Notes under the pieces: generated by a model
The model's input: the letters and a program-made list of their open reading frames with translations, nothing else
What the model was told of the DNA's origin: nothing
The model's database searches: none
Position numbers and translations under genes: made by a program
Part shown: positions 40,145 through 54,018 of the stretch, in pieces
Position numbering within the stretch: position 1 is the stretch's first letter
How the letters are laid out: each line of letters begins with the position of its first letter
NCBI RefSeq assembly: GCF_006345805.1
Contig: NC_043014.1
Span: forward strand, 50,840,001-50,904,000
Length of the DNA stretch: 64,000 nt
Source: Octopus sinensis
Taxonomy: Eukaryota
Reading direction: 5' to 3'

Positions 40145-40180
<36 letters not shown>

Positions 40181-40239
40181 GCAAACACAACACACATACG
40201 TGTATATAAGCATGTACATACATGAATACACACGCACAT

Positions 40240-40282
<43 letters not shown>

Positions 40283-40520
40283 TATACATAATTATTAAGC
40301 AAGAATGTTGATGACAATGATTTCGAAGTTTTGTCTGGTAAAGTCATAATCGGAATACAATGCATTTGAGTTAGTTTTGTCTTTATATAATCTCTTCTGA
40401 CTTAAAACTGTCAACAAGAATAATAAATGTGTACTCTACAAATATAGAGTAATCTATCATATATGTATACATACACATATATACACACACTTAATTCATA
40501 CATACATATCTATCTATCTG

Positions 40521-40574
<54 letters not shown>

Positions 40575-40647
40575 GATCTATATGTAGATATATATCTACA
40601 TACATGTATATATATATTTATACATATATATATATATATATATACAT

Positions 40648-40668
40648 ATAATAATAATAATGATAATA

Positions 40669-40711
<43 letters not shown>

Positions 40712-40797
40712 TAATAATAAATAATAATAATAATAAAAATAATAATATTAATAATAATAATAATATAATAATAATAATAATAATAATAAAAATAATA

Positions 40798-40854
<57 letters not shown>

Positions 40855-40858
40855 TAAT
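40648..40858. repeat. (TAA)n tract
   Basis: Direct reading; similar tracts at 28735-28775, 28945-29140, 49285-49395, 50171-50245 and 50395-50570. Confidence 0.95.
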
Positions 40859-40859
40859 T

Positions 40860-41530
40860 ATTGGATAGACAGAGAAAAAAGATTACTACAGATGACTAAA
40901 AGTGACTTAAAAGCAGAAACGGCAGCTGTAATCTGTGCTGCCCAAGAGCTAGCATTAAGAACGAATTACATCACATACAGAAAAGATAACACATCAGAAA
41001 GTGATAAGTGTTATTATTTTAACAATAGAAAAAAGATGGTATAGGCACGCACCAGAAAAGGTCACAGAAAATAAGAAAGCAACCATACACTGGGATATGC
41101 CGATACACACAGATAGAGAAATTAAGGCCAACAGACCAGATATAGTTGTCAGAGATCATGAAGGAAAAAAATGCTTTCTAATTGATGTGTCAATACCGGC
41201 AGATGACAACGTGTCTCTAAAAGAAATGAAGAAACTTTCAAAATACAAAGACCTGGAAATGGAGGTAACCAGAATGTGGAATCTAAAAACAGAAACAATT
41301 CCTATCATAATAGGTGCATTAGGCATGATAAAAAAATATTCAGACAAAGACATAACAAAAACACCAGGACTTACAAACACATATAACATACAGAAAATTG
41401 CACTACTAGGCACTGCACACATCCTACGCAGAACACTTTCCATACAATAACCATCAGAGCATCACAACAAATCACAGCACATACCCAAGGCACACAGAGC
41501 TGCGCTCGGTAGTGAAGTGAAAGCACGCTA
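40860..41530 (+). mobile_element. R4/Dong-type non-LTR retrotransposon 3' fragment (restriction-like endonuclease) inserted in (TAA)n
   Basis: LKAETAAVICAAQELALRTNYI..., then IHWDMPIHTDREIKANRPDIVV...LIDVSIP-DDNV--KE--KLSKYKDL...IPIIIGALG...IQKIALLGTAHILRRTL. (TAA)n lies on both sides. The zinc-knuckle segment appears deleted. Confidence 0.88.
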
Positions 41531-42098
41531 ATAATAATAATAATAATAACAACCTGGCACACTGTCGGTTACGACCACTAATTTTCCAGTTGATTTGATG
41601 AATGGAAACGACCTGCTCGCGCGATTAGCATGCAAGGGGCTGAGCACTCCACAAACGCGTATTTTCAGGGGAAGTTAAGCGTGACACAGAATATGTAGAG
41701 AAAAAAAAAGTAAATAAAAAAACCGAAAAATTGACGGAGTTATAGGTACAACTGATGTTTCCCAAACGCGTGGACTGCAAGAACGTGAAAGGAAGTACCT
41801 TGGTGAAGGAAACAACACGTTGCCGGGATTCGAAAGCACGACCTCGCAGTCGTCAGCCGATTACGCTAACCACTAACCCACATAAATCAACATTATCACC
41901 GTATTCCTTGAATCCATATATTGTGACTTGAATTTAAATGTGTATGTATGGACGCAAGTAAATGTGAATGCAGAATGCGATATCAATTACATCGTATAAC
42001 GAGTATCATTATATGTACATACTTCAGTGGCAACTGAGAAAACCGGGTATACAGCACGTATTGAATGCATACATACATACATACATACATATATATAT

Positions 42099-42165
<67 letters not shown>

Positions 42166-42433
42166 TATATGTATGTATATATATATGTATATATATATAT
42201 ATGTACACATATATTCAATTACGCTTAACTACCTCAAGATTAAGCTTTCAAGAGTTTTATCTTCATAAATAACCATTTTACGTTACAATCACCTTCCTTG
42301 AACGCTGGGAACAGGTTCTTTGTATCGGAGATTCAGTTGCAACTAAGATCTGAAAGAAACATACATACATGAATATATATATATATATGTATGTGTGTAT
42401 GTATTTGTATATATATATATGTATATATATATA

Positions 42434-42491
<58 letters not shown>

Positions 42492-42731
42492 CACACATAT
42501 AGATATGGGAACTTGGTGACTTCTTACCTTTTGATATTCGTTTGCCCATATACTTGAAATCTTCTCTTCTTCTCTCATTCGAACATCAATTTATTTAATT
42601 GAAAACCATTAACACTCGCTGGCGACTGTCGTATCCAATTTCATGAAGTCCTTCTAATGTACTTGTTAACAAGGATAAATTCAGCCGTGTTTGATTGTTC
42701 ACGGGAGGAAAATAATGCGCGCACGCACACG

Positions 42732-42790
<59 letters not shown>

Positions 42791-43214
42791 ACACAAACAC
42801 ACGTACGCACACACACACACACACACACATGGAAAAAGAAAACACGAAGACAGAAGCATATATAAACGGTAATATTTTAACGTCGCTTTGTCTATATGTT
42901 ACACATCAGTCGATCATTGTTGAATAGAGAATGAAAGACTTTCCAGCCACGACTATCTCTTTTGTTATTATTACAGTGGTTGTGTGAATATATAGTATCC
43001 AGTGTGTCGTTATGGTGCGGCATACAGTTAGTTTCGTCGTTAATTTAACACCTCGTTCAGTTACGAAATATATATATATATATATATATGCGCCAAAGGA
43101 ACCTGCCCTATGAACATATGGCTAGGGAGAGAAACTTGATATGTATTTACTTGCATGGTTATCCATACACAGACACACAGAAACTCACACACACACACAC
43201 ACACACACACATTG

Positions 43215-43365
43215 TGGCACTCTGTCGGCTACGACGACAGGGGTTCCAGTTGATCTGATCAATGGAACAGCCTGCTCGTGAAATTAACGTGCAAGTGGCT
43301 GAGAATTCCACAGAAACGTGTACCCTTAACGTAGTTCTCGAGGAGATTGAGACTGACACAGAGTT
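43215..43365 (-). mobile_element. 3' module F fragment (stand-alone)
   Basis: GGCACTCTGTCGGCTACGACGACAGGGTTCCAGTTGATC... matches 23866-24030. Confidence 0.7.
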
Positions 43366-43367
43366 TG

Positions 43368-43436
<69 letters not shown>

Positions 43437-45710
43437 GTATATATATATGTGTGTGTGTGTACATTACACATACAAAATTATATATATATATATATATATA
43501 TGAGAGGTATTGATATCCAGAAGACCCAACATGGCAGTTAAGGCTATGTAAGTGCTACGGGAGGACCGTAGTTACACTCTCGGTTCGATAATAATACGAG
43601 TGAGGCGTCTAATACGACTCTAATCTCCTATAAATTCAACAAATCCTTCGTTTTGTTGTCCAATTTTCTTTAACATATGTAAGTAAACGACTTAAACATA
43701 TTAACACATATTAACACAGACATTTTTTAACACAGACATTTTTTAAAAATTTCATTCTCAAAACCTGAAATCAAGTGGACTTGAGTCAAACACTTCTACA
43801 GTTGCAGTGGCAGAAAGGCAAGGCTCGCGACATTCTGGAGATGATTTGAGATATACGAAGGTTATATATTTCATCTCAGACCGGATTATATGGCATTCAA
43901 CTGCTTTAAATGCCATGTAGCTTTGTTTTCTTAATCCATCAATGGATTAATAATACTATTTAAGAACAGGAAATGTCCTGCTTGCGACTTACAAACTGTT
44001 TTCATCTTATTTGTTTCGGTGTCTTGAGTATATGTTAGAACAATCTTAGATGTTGTGTAGTGAGATCGAACACGAGACCACGTTGTCCTCAAGCAGACTT
44101 CATCACACCGTAGTCATGAAAGTCATTTATTTCCCTTATTCTGGTGTTCTATTGTTTGTACAATTCGGTCCGCTTGATGTTTCAATGATTAAAAGAGAGA
44201 TACGAAACAGCGAGTAAAATATTTCGTGGATACAAAGTTGAGCAGAGAAAATGTATGGAATCTAATTCCCTGTGGATGATAATGTTTATTTGATGTTCTT
44301 TATAAATCGGCATTAAGAAAAGATTAAACAGAGGAAAAATCTGTACATAGAAACATAAAGCTCGTTCAAAATCCATAATCTGTAACATCCAAGGACCAAC
44401 GTTTGTAGGTATTTACTTACCCAAAGATAATTCAGAGAGTTGATTTAATAATCCTGCGTGTAAAGCCAAAATTGATTCTACCTCAAAGGGGATTTATGGA
44501 TTGTTGATAATCATCCTGAAAGAAAAGAAGAGATCAAATAATCTGAAATATGCGAAGGAGGAAACCGTAATGGCTTTAAAATCAAACGACAATATATTTA
44601 AAGATTATGAAAGGATTCAGCTAGGAAACAGACATTGTTTCACTTTGGTAGCAAATCAGATCATAATGTCGAAAACGGTTGAATAATTATATAACAACGT
44701 AAAAGGTGATCAGAGAAAACATATTGAAAGCGATAAATACGGGATGCGGAAAATAAAACACCCCGTATGTGTGTAGGCCAAAGAGAGATAAACCATTTTG
44801 TTCACAAATATCGCCAGGTAGTTTTTAAATAGATTAGATATTATGTGTGCATATGAATTTTATCATCGGTTGGGTGGCGTATTAAGTTGCGTGAGATACG
44901 TGAAAATTATGATAATTTCTTAAGTAATATATTTCTGTATGCGTGTAATATATATCTGTATGTATCGTGTATGGGTGGTATTATGTCTGTATGTAAGTAT
45001 GTATGTATGGATGGATGTATATGAAACCAGATGCACATGGTTCGGAATTCGTGTCCCGCTCCGTGGAATTATGGGCAAGTGTCTTCTGTTACAGCTTTGG
45101 GCCGTCTAAAGCTTTGTGAGTAGATTTAGCTTCTTTACGTCCTCTGTACCAATATGATGCTAGAAAAGAATCTACGAAGGACCCAGGGGAGTCCATTTGT
45201 CCGATTAAAACCCATTAAGGCGATGCTGCAGAATGGTTGAATTACGATAAATAAAACAGCTAAAAGATAAAAGATAAAAACCACTAAGATATTGTGTGAC
45301 CCTTTTGGATTTAATTGCAATGCGTTAACCAAAGCCAACCAGAATTAGAAATAAACATTAGAATATCTTAAAAATGAAAGTTTCTTCCAAAGGAAATTAG
45401 AGTAAAAAGTAGAATTGTATGACTACGAATAAGGGGAAAACAACGACGGGAATAATTTTTCAGAAAGTGAGGTAAGAAAATAAAATCAAGAAATAAAACT
45501 TATATATAGTAAAAAGAAAAGTATTTCTGACGATATTATGGATTTGTTTTATGAAATCTTGTGTGCAAAAAAATCAATTGCAATAGTGCTTGGCAAAAAA
45601 TGTATACCATTATCGATATGATAATACGATAATATATAAAAGAGAGTTTTTATTATCTGATATAATTACTGGGAGAATGTATCATGCGATTGTATAATAT
45701 GTGTATATAC

Positions 45711-45774
<64 letters not shown>

Positions 45775-45909
45775 ATGTATATATATATATACATATATGT
45801 ATTTATGTATATATATATGTATATATATATGTATATATATATACACACACATATATATATATATGTTTGTATATATATATATATAGATATAGATATATAT
45901 GTATGTATG

Positions 45910-45941
<32 letters not shown>

Positions 45942-46006
45942 TATATAATATGTATTTATATATATATATGTATGTGTGTATATACATATATGTATATATA
46001 TTTATG

Positions 46007-46068
<62 letters not shown>

Positions 46069-46504
46069 ATTGTCAGTGTCGTAGGTTGTCTTCCAGAGTT
46101 TCTCTCCCCTAAGGAGAAGTTTTGACAAAAAGAGAGGGGTGCTCCTAGTCGTAGTAGGCCAACCACGCCCAGAGACACCAACCCAGATATTTCCACGTCC
46201 TCGCGTTTATACACGTGCCTACAGACGATGATGAAGAATAGTTCTCCTGTTCGAGTTTATGTCGTCCATATTCAGGAACAAGGACTGTTTTTGCTGAAAT
46301 TCTCCTCCGCTATAAAAATTCGTCATGTGCATGTATCGCTTGAAAATTGTGAGACCTGTCACAAATATCCATGTCCATAGCCTTCGCATGTGTGGGAATT
46401 TCGATCAGGTGATGGCTATTGCCGAACACGAGGTTGCATTCATCATACACACACACACACACACCACACACACACACACACACCACACACACACACATAT
46501 ATAT

Positions 46505-46535
<31 letters not shown>

Positions 46536-46559
46536 ATATATATATATATATATTTTTTT

Positions 46560-46740
46560 TTTTTTTCCTCTGTCTTCCCTTCTCTGGATCTTTCCTTCTC
46601 CTATGTTTCCGACGAAGAGCTCCGCTCGAAACGTTAATCCCTCCTTCTTTCCTTCTTTCCTGCGCGTCCAATAATATTATATTTGTTCCACGTCCTCGCG
46701 TTGTTGTGATTTTTTTGTGTTTTCTTGTTTGGATTAACTT

Positions 46741-46742
<2 letters not shown>
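46560..46742 (+). mobile_element. Short Penelope-like 3'/pLTR element with a hammerhead-like core (CCGACGA variant) at 46605-46639
   Basis: GTTT CCGACGA A GAGC TCC GCTC GAAAC GTT AATC. Near-identical copies lie at 49015-49195 (-) and 60775-60955 (+). It ends at (TA)n. Confidence 0.6.
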
Positions 46743-46785
<43 letters not shown>

Positions 46786-46926
46786 GTGGATAGATAGATA
46801 CACACACACACAGAGATACAGACACGCACACACAAACACACACACACTCACATATATATATATATATGTGCAGTATTTCAGTTTTCCTGTGAAGATTATA
46901 TGCACGTTGAAGAATTTGCAGTTTTT

Positions 46927-46972
<46 letters not shown>

Positions 46973-48386
46973 ACATACACAATCACACACACCAACCCAC
47001 ACAGAAACATGCATACACACACACGCACACGTGTGTGCGTGTGTGTGTGTGTTTTTTGGGATGATCAATATAACGAAATAACAGTATATTCTCTGACACA
47101 CCTGCACGTAATACAGAAGGTGCCAAATATGTTTGCAGCAAGGTGTGATTTTTGATATAACCGATATCGACAGGTTGGTCAGGTTATAGGTATCTTGCAC
47201 TCTAGAAATCAGCTAAAACACCTGTGTCCGGAATATTTATGCTCAGCTCTGACTTTAATGATAGATACTGACACCTACTCACCTTTGATTTTATTAGTAT
47301 TGTTGTAAACGGACGTCTTATTCAGTTTCCTCCCCATCATTGTTTCCAAAACTGTTACATCCAGCCGAGGCCTCACTATAACTCTCCATAAAAATGTATC
47401 ATCCCACGTCGGTTTTTGGGAAAAAAAAGTCTAATTTATTTTATATCTTTTATCGCAGACAATTAATACAAAATAATCTACAGGTAACTCGTTTATTAAG
47501 TACCGAGTAGAAAAATAGTACATTATAGACTAAAACCGTAAAACTGAATCACTGTATGAGTGCATGTTTGTGTGTGTATGTATGTATGCATGTATGTGTG
47601 TTCCTTATAAGTTTTATAGAGAAAAATATAGCGCCTATGAACACTCAGATTCAACCTTCGATACTTTAGTGCATGCAAATATTGAATACTTATTCATTTC
47701 TGTCAAAGCTGACACCAATAGTTTAATAAACCCTCATCTTATTAAACATATAACTAGTGAAGTATTTCATGTAAAAATAGACTTAATACTGCAGCGTTAA
47801 ACTAAAGTTATTGTGAAATGTCACGTTAGACGAGTCTTTTGCAGAAGACTCCCGAAGATATTCGATTGCACTGAGCGACACATCGGCAGAACAAAGTGTG
47901 AAAATTTAGCACGTAAGTTTGGAAGATGGTAGGAAATTTATTTGAAATAAAATACATGCGTTTCTACATAAAGGTATATTTCATCTTAGAGTATTTTTCA
48001 TGTTAAACTAAACAAAAATGTTCTAGATAAAAAAAAAAGTCATTCACTTTTCACACATATAAAGAACGTTTAAAATGATTGGAAAAAGACTTAAAGAGAA
48101 ACACAAATTTAAAACGAAACAAAAACCAAAATAATTACAAACATTTGTAGACAACAAGGTAATATGTTCTAGTGTCCCGTAAAATCAATTAAGCTGGGGA
48201 AAAGCCTAATGTCAACACAAATTGAATAGAGTTACATTGGAGAAGAAAGAGAAAATTAAAAACACGACCCGAAGAGACGAAGCATTAACGACAAACAGCA
48301 GACAACTAATAAACAAACAGCAGACGTAAGTTATTGAAAACAGACAAGAAAAGCTATCACCTGACCTAAGCAATAAAACTCTCAAC

Positions 48387-48435
<49 letters not shown>

Positions 48436-48789
48436 GAACATGTGCACTTGGTGTGCGTTTGGAAGCATACGTACAAATATACACATGTGTACATATGTAT
48501 GTATACACAGAAAACTACAGACGCAATATATGAAGGTGTGTATGTACATATATACACACATATACACATACGTACATATTTCTCTATTCTTTCAGTCTCG
48601 TACTGGTTTCAGTCATTTGACTGCGGCCATGCAGGAGCACTGCCTTTCGTCGTACGAAACGACCCCAGGACTTCTTTGTAAGTCTAATATTCTATCGGCC
48701 CCTTTAACTGAACCGATAAGGGCGGCGTAAACGCACCAACATCAGCTGTCAACCAATGATGGCGTTGGGGCGAAAATACAGACACATAA

Positions 48790-48837
<48 letters not shown>

Positions 48838-48841
48838 AAGT

Positions 48842-48884
48842 CCACCTGAAGATTGTCGATCAAGACAAGAAACGATTGTAGTGG
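48842..48884 (+). ncRNA. Minimal type I hammerhead ribozyme, same family as 3532-3585
   Basis: CCAC CTGAAGA TTGTC GATCAA GACAA GAAAC GATT GTA GTGG. It is followed by a tail (TTTATGTATTG...TAGTGGTTTTGTCTCTAAT) closely similar to the one after the 3532-3585 hammerhead. Confidence 0.75.
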
Positions 48885-49014
48885 CGGTTTTTTTGACTAT
48901 TTATTAAAATTTTATGTATTGATTAAGTCTTTCCTTGTTTGTTTTGCAAAATAGTGGTTTTGTCTCTAATAATATTTTATATATATATATATATAATATA
49001 TATATATATATAAT

Positions 49015-49195
49015 TAATCCAAACAAGAAAACACAGAAAAAACACAGCAACGCGAGGACGTGGAACAATTAAAGTATTATTTGACGCTCAGGAAAGAAGG
49101 GAAGAAGGGTTTAACGTTTCGAGCGGAGCTCTTCGTCGGAAACAAGGAGGAGGAAAGATCCCAAAAAGGGAAGACAGAGGAAAAAAAAAATTTTG
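49015..49195 (-). mobile_element. Second copy of the CCGACGA hammerhead-like element (core 49109-49143)
   Basis: Reverse complement reads GTTT CCGACGA AGAGCTCCGCTC GAAAC GTT AAAC; flanks match 46560-46742. Confidence 0.6.
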
Positions 49196-49313
49196 CTGGT
49201 GGTGCTCGAGAGATCACATATATATTCAATATATATATATATATATAAATAAATACATATAATAATAACTAGAACAACAACAACAACAATAATGATAATG
49301 ATAATAATAATAA

Positions 49314-49374
<61 letters not shown>

Positions 49375-49513
49375 CATCATTATTATTATTGTTATAATGA
49401 GGAAAAAGCGATACAAAGACAAGAAAAGTATTGACAATACACGGAGCCTTCCAATGTAAGAGTTACAACGAGAGGCTGTACTTGTCCGGAAGAAAGGTTG
49501 TGAGAAGTTTGAT

Positions 49514-49580
49514 CAGTTACTAGAACTGTATCGAAATAGAGGAAAACAGTTACTAGAACTGTATCGAAATAGAGGAAAAC
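49514..49580. repeat. Perfect 33-bp tandem duplication
   Basis: CAGTTACTAGAACTGTATCGAAATAGAGGAAAA at 49514 and 49547. Confidence 0.92.
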
Positions 49581-49993
49581 ACCTCTTCGTATTTCCTCAG
49601 ACAAAGGCTCAAATATAATATACATTAATGAAAGTGAAACTTATAATTTCTAGAATTTTGCAGGTGTATATTATATGATTGGGGAACAGAGCGGTGTGAA
49701 AATACAAGTTCTGCTGGACCGGACATTTCTCATAATTCAGGGATAACAGGTGGAGCTGAACAGTGACCGAGTGGTATCCAAGGGATACGCATAAGTAAGA
49801 TGAAAGGCTTCCACTAAAATGGGAGGAAGATTTAGTTTAACAAATGGGGTGAAGACGGAAAAAATGTCGCAATAAACACAGAACTGGAAGCGCATTGAGG
49901 CTATGGGTTAAAAACAGTATCTCATGGTCTGGTTCATACCGTGATACAAGTCATAAGCTACAGACCAAAAATAAGGAAAATAAAGATCAACAG

Positions 49994-50150
49994 ATGTTCC
50001 TATGCGCATTTCACCATTATGGTTATTTGGAACTCTGCGATGGAGATTCCAATTTGAATATAGTGGCGGAACCACAAGCACCTATATGCACATGGAACTT
50101 CCATCGCAGGGTTCCAAACAGGAATAATAGTGAAATACACGTTGGAACTT
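49994..50150. repeat. Imperfect ~157-nt hairpin (~58-bp arms) beside a (TAA)n tract
   Basis: TTTGGAACTCTGCGATGGAG...CTTCCATCGCAGGGTTCCAAA, extending to ATTTCACCATTAT/ATAATAGTGAAAT. Confidence 0.7.
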
Positions 50151-50171
50151 AAAAGCAAGACACCGATGTTG

Positions 50172-50245
<74 letters not shown>

Positions 50246-50406
50246 CTTTTTTGTTCTTCTTTCAAATTTGCTTCCATTTCTTGCCGAGTGTCTTCCCGAC
50301 TCCTAGGGCAAATAAACTCATAGTATATATTGGTAGGCCATTAAACTAAACACACTAGTTCGTTCATTTTTTTTAGAGTTAAATTAAAATACAATATTAT
50401 TATTAC

Positions 50407-50465
<59 letters not shown>

Positions 50466-51765
50466 TATTATTATCATTATTTTTTTAGTTTTATTATTAT
50501 TATTATATTATTATTTTATTATTATTATTATATTATTATTATTATATTTATTTTTATTATTATTATTATTATATGTATGTGTATGAGTGTGTGTTTGTGT
50601 GCGTGTGAGTGCGTGTAGTCAGAAGTTAAATGCAAATTTACAATACATAAGTGTAACCTTAAAACAATAACTTATTATAATTCAGCGAAAATTTTAGTAT
50701 ACAATTTATTCAATATTTTATCTTATTTAGCGTTCTTTGACAAAGCGATCCATCATAATAATGAAGATTTAAATCTCAGTAGTTTGAAAAATATTTATCG
50801 CATAAGCAACATTAATTGGGTCCCAGAATTAGGAAGAAAAGCATTTCGGTTTACTGCAGCGATTAAATTTTATGTGTTTACAGATATCGCTAAAATTAAT
50901 TCATTAGATAAACTACAGTCCGAAAAAAATTGAAAATATTTAATAGAAAAAAGTATTAAATTAACTTTCAGTTTCACATTGCAAAAATCGTTAAACTGCG
51001 AACTATGACCAATTCTTCATGTACATTAAACAATTTCTGTCTAAATCGATATTTCATTGCCTGAAAGTGTTTATAACTAACTTTTCAGGTTCTATGTGTT
51101 ATATTGGTTTGTCTAAAAATACATTTAAGTTAATATTTAATCAACATAAATCTATATTGAGAAATCCTGAATGATTACCTGACACAAATTTGTCGAAATA
51201 CATCTGCAGTTTATAAATTATTATTAGGAACCATCAAATCATTTGAGTGTATTCGAATATGCAAAAACACATAGTCATGTTCGTAGTAGTTGTATTTCCC
51301 GATAGATGAACATTGTTATATAAGATTCCTATTTTAAGCAGTCATTAGCATCTAATTTAGCTCTATGGTAATAAATCAATGTTTTGAAAAATATGCAAAA
51401 AATGTCTGCCGATTACATAATAAAGAGCCTTTAATTTTATAGTTATTGTCTCTTAACGAAATTGCTTTGTATTAGCTTTAATCTCGTTGAATCACTTCTA
51501 AATTTTGTATATAAATATATTACCTCATTGACTCGCAGACGGGAATTCTGAAATGAGCTTTCTTCAGATAAAACTTATACGTCTTTTCTTCTTTTCCACA
51601 ATCCTTCCTGAGTTATCTTCTGTAAATTTCTTCTGATGAAGGAATAACGTCCGAAAAGTGAAGCCTCTTTGTCTTCCTTTTTATGAATTCAGCAAATACC
51701 ATACTTGATAAATCAGCTCCTGCCATGTTATGTCTACATTTGTTCACTTGTTCATTGGCTTCCCA

Positions 51766-51865
<100 letters not shown>

Positions 51866-52285
51866 TATATCTTCATTGAAAAGTACAAACCCAGACTCAA
51901 CCATCCGAACATACTGACACAGAGAAATTAACAAGGAAAAGGGGAAAAAAAATTTTTAAGCGATTATCTCCCTTACACCGGAAGAAATCACTCACTACCT
52001 CCCCTTATTTAGAAATCTCCTGGAAATAAACACAACGATAACTCCATGCAATATAAACATAACGTCACAAGAAATTTGAAAAGCTACACGCGAAACCGGT
52101 AATTTCTTTAAAAATTTTTAAATTATGTCATTTTAAGGAAAGGAAAAAAAAATTTTCCAATTTTCTCCAGACATTTTGACACAAATATATATATTTTTTA
52201 ACATTTAAGCCTTCTGTCGTTTTTTCACACTTTACTATTTTCTCATATATTCACCCACGTGCTTTACCAAACAAACTTTCTTATC

Positions 52286-52325
<40 letters not shown>

Positions 52326-53699
52326 CATATATATGCATGTGTGTGTGAAAGTATATTATATTAATGTATATATAGATATACACACTACACACCCGCACAC
52401 ATATATACAAGCACACACAAACGCACATACACAAATACACAACGGAGGCGGTCGGAAAGCCCCAATGGGAAATGTACCTATGTTAACTTGAAGTGAAATG
52501 AGTAGAAATCACTTAAACAGATAAATACAAATTACTGAATTATATTCACCTGTTTATAATACATTTACATATATTTGTTTTACAATTACCCCAATGCCAT
52601 ATATATAGACAATTAAATTAATCTGATAATTATCATCGAAATAATATTCTAATAATGGGATTCCAATCGTATAATAATGCTGTTCATATTCAATGGTGAC
52701 ATTTTAAAAATAGAATTGCACAAATGAATTAAACGCCAATTTATACAATAGGCATAAATAATATTGTTGTGGAAATTAAAATTTATCGGTAAAACTTAGT
52801 GGGAATTGATAATTTCATTTTGGTACAAAACACTTTGAAGTTACTTGAACAAACTTTCATATTAATTTAACTTTACCTTCGAATTGCGGAGATATCTTTG
52901 AGTAGAAAGTTCTGTTCAAAGTTCTTTGTATGTAATTGCAAAGAATAAAGTTTTGTAACCGAAAGCTGCATGGATTGTACAACTAGAATCTAAAACTTTG
53001 AATGTGTTTCAAGAAAGTCTCGTGATAGTAGCTTAAGCTATGATGGCGCACAACAGTGAATGCTGCATGCGTTCATATTTTTCAGTTGGTTTAGCTTGTG
53101 GGAACTGTCTGACTAGAAATAGACAATTATATTGAAATACCGTGATGTTGTGAATACTGTGGCTGCACAGTAGCTATGCGTTTTTGTCTCCATGTTTAGA
53201 AGACAGACAAAAGTAGGAGATACCAAATCGACATGTATGATTTACAACGTTAGTTACAACAAAGCAGCGAGCTGCCAGGAGCACGCCGGACGAAATTCTT
53301 GTCGGAATTTCGATCATCTTTACCTTCTCAAGTTCAATTTGCACCGAGATCTACTTTGATTTTCATCCATTCTCAGATCGATAAAGCAAGTACCAGCCGA
53401 GCACTAGGGTTGTTATTATCAGCTGGCCCCCTACTCCTCCCTCAACATTGCTGACCTTTTGCTAAAATTTTAATACAACATAAGGTAATATTAAGTACGT
53501 GAACTGACAGCTAAGCTGCAGATCGTGCCGTGTTGCTTCTGCTATCGCTCGTAATCTGAGCAGTGAAAACAAGTGTAGGTCGTAATGACCATAAAAATAT
53601 GATATAAAGTAAGAGAGGATAAATTTTGAGGATGAACAAATCTCCATGTTTTATATCATTTTCATTATTGCTAATATATATGTTTGTATGTGTTTGTAG

Positions 53700-54018
53700 G
53701 CGAAATTTGAACTCAGAACGTAAAGAGGGTTGAAATACCTATTTCTTTATTACCCACAAGGGGCTAAACACAGAGGGGACAAACAAGAACAGACATAGGT
53801 ATTAAGTCGATTACATCGACCCCAGTGCGTAACTGGTACTTAATTTATCGACCCCGAAAAGATGAAAGGCAAAGTCGACCTCGGCGGAATTTGAACTCAC
53901 AACGTAACGCAGTCGAAATACCGCTAAGCATTTCGCCCGGACTGCTAACGATTCTGCCAGCTCGAAATACCACTAAGCATTTTGTCCGGCACGCTAATAG
54001 TTCTACCTGATCGCCGCC
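53700..54018 (-). mobile_element. SINE family C with duplicated head
   Basis: One unit followed by two GAAATACC(G/A)CTAAGCATTT heads (about 53915 and 53964). Degenerate SINE-C copies also lie near 17455-17610, 20060-20400, 25605-25680, 29420-29540, 32575-32720, 32920-33060 and 53270-53460. Confidence 0.8.

Noticed and set aside
41790-41885. tRNA-like sequence on the minus strand
   Set aside because: No complete cloverleaf; it continues into SINE-like body, so it is a decayed SINE head rather than a tRNA gene. The same applies to the SINE A, B and C heads.
46222-46270. GATGATGAAGAATAG...CTGTTCGAG...GTC resembling a hammerhead
   Set aside because: Both conserved core strands are disrupted.
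49540-49605. Minus-strand CTGAGGA...GAGG/CCTC...GATAC hammerhead-like motif
   Set aside because: GAAA is mutated and no stem I pairing follows the putative site.
51628-51665. CTGATGA-AGGA...TCC-GAAAAGTG hammerhead-like motif
   Set aside because: GAAAC is changed, there is no valid NUH site and stem I is only 3 bp; at best a dead relic.
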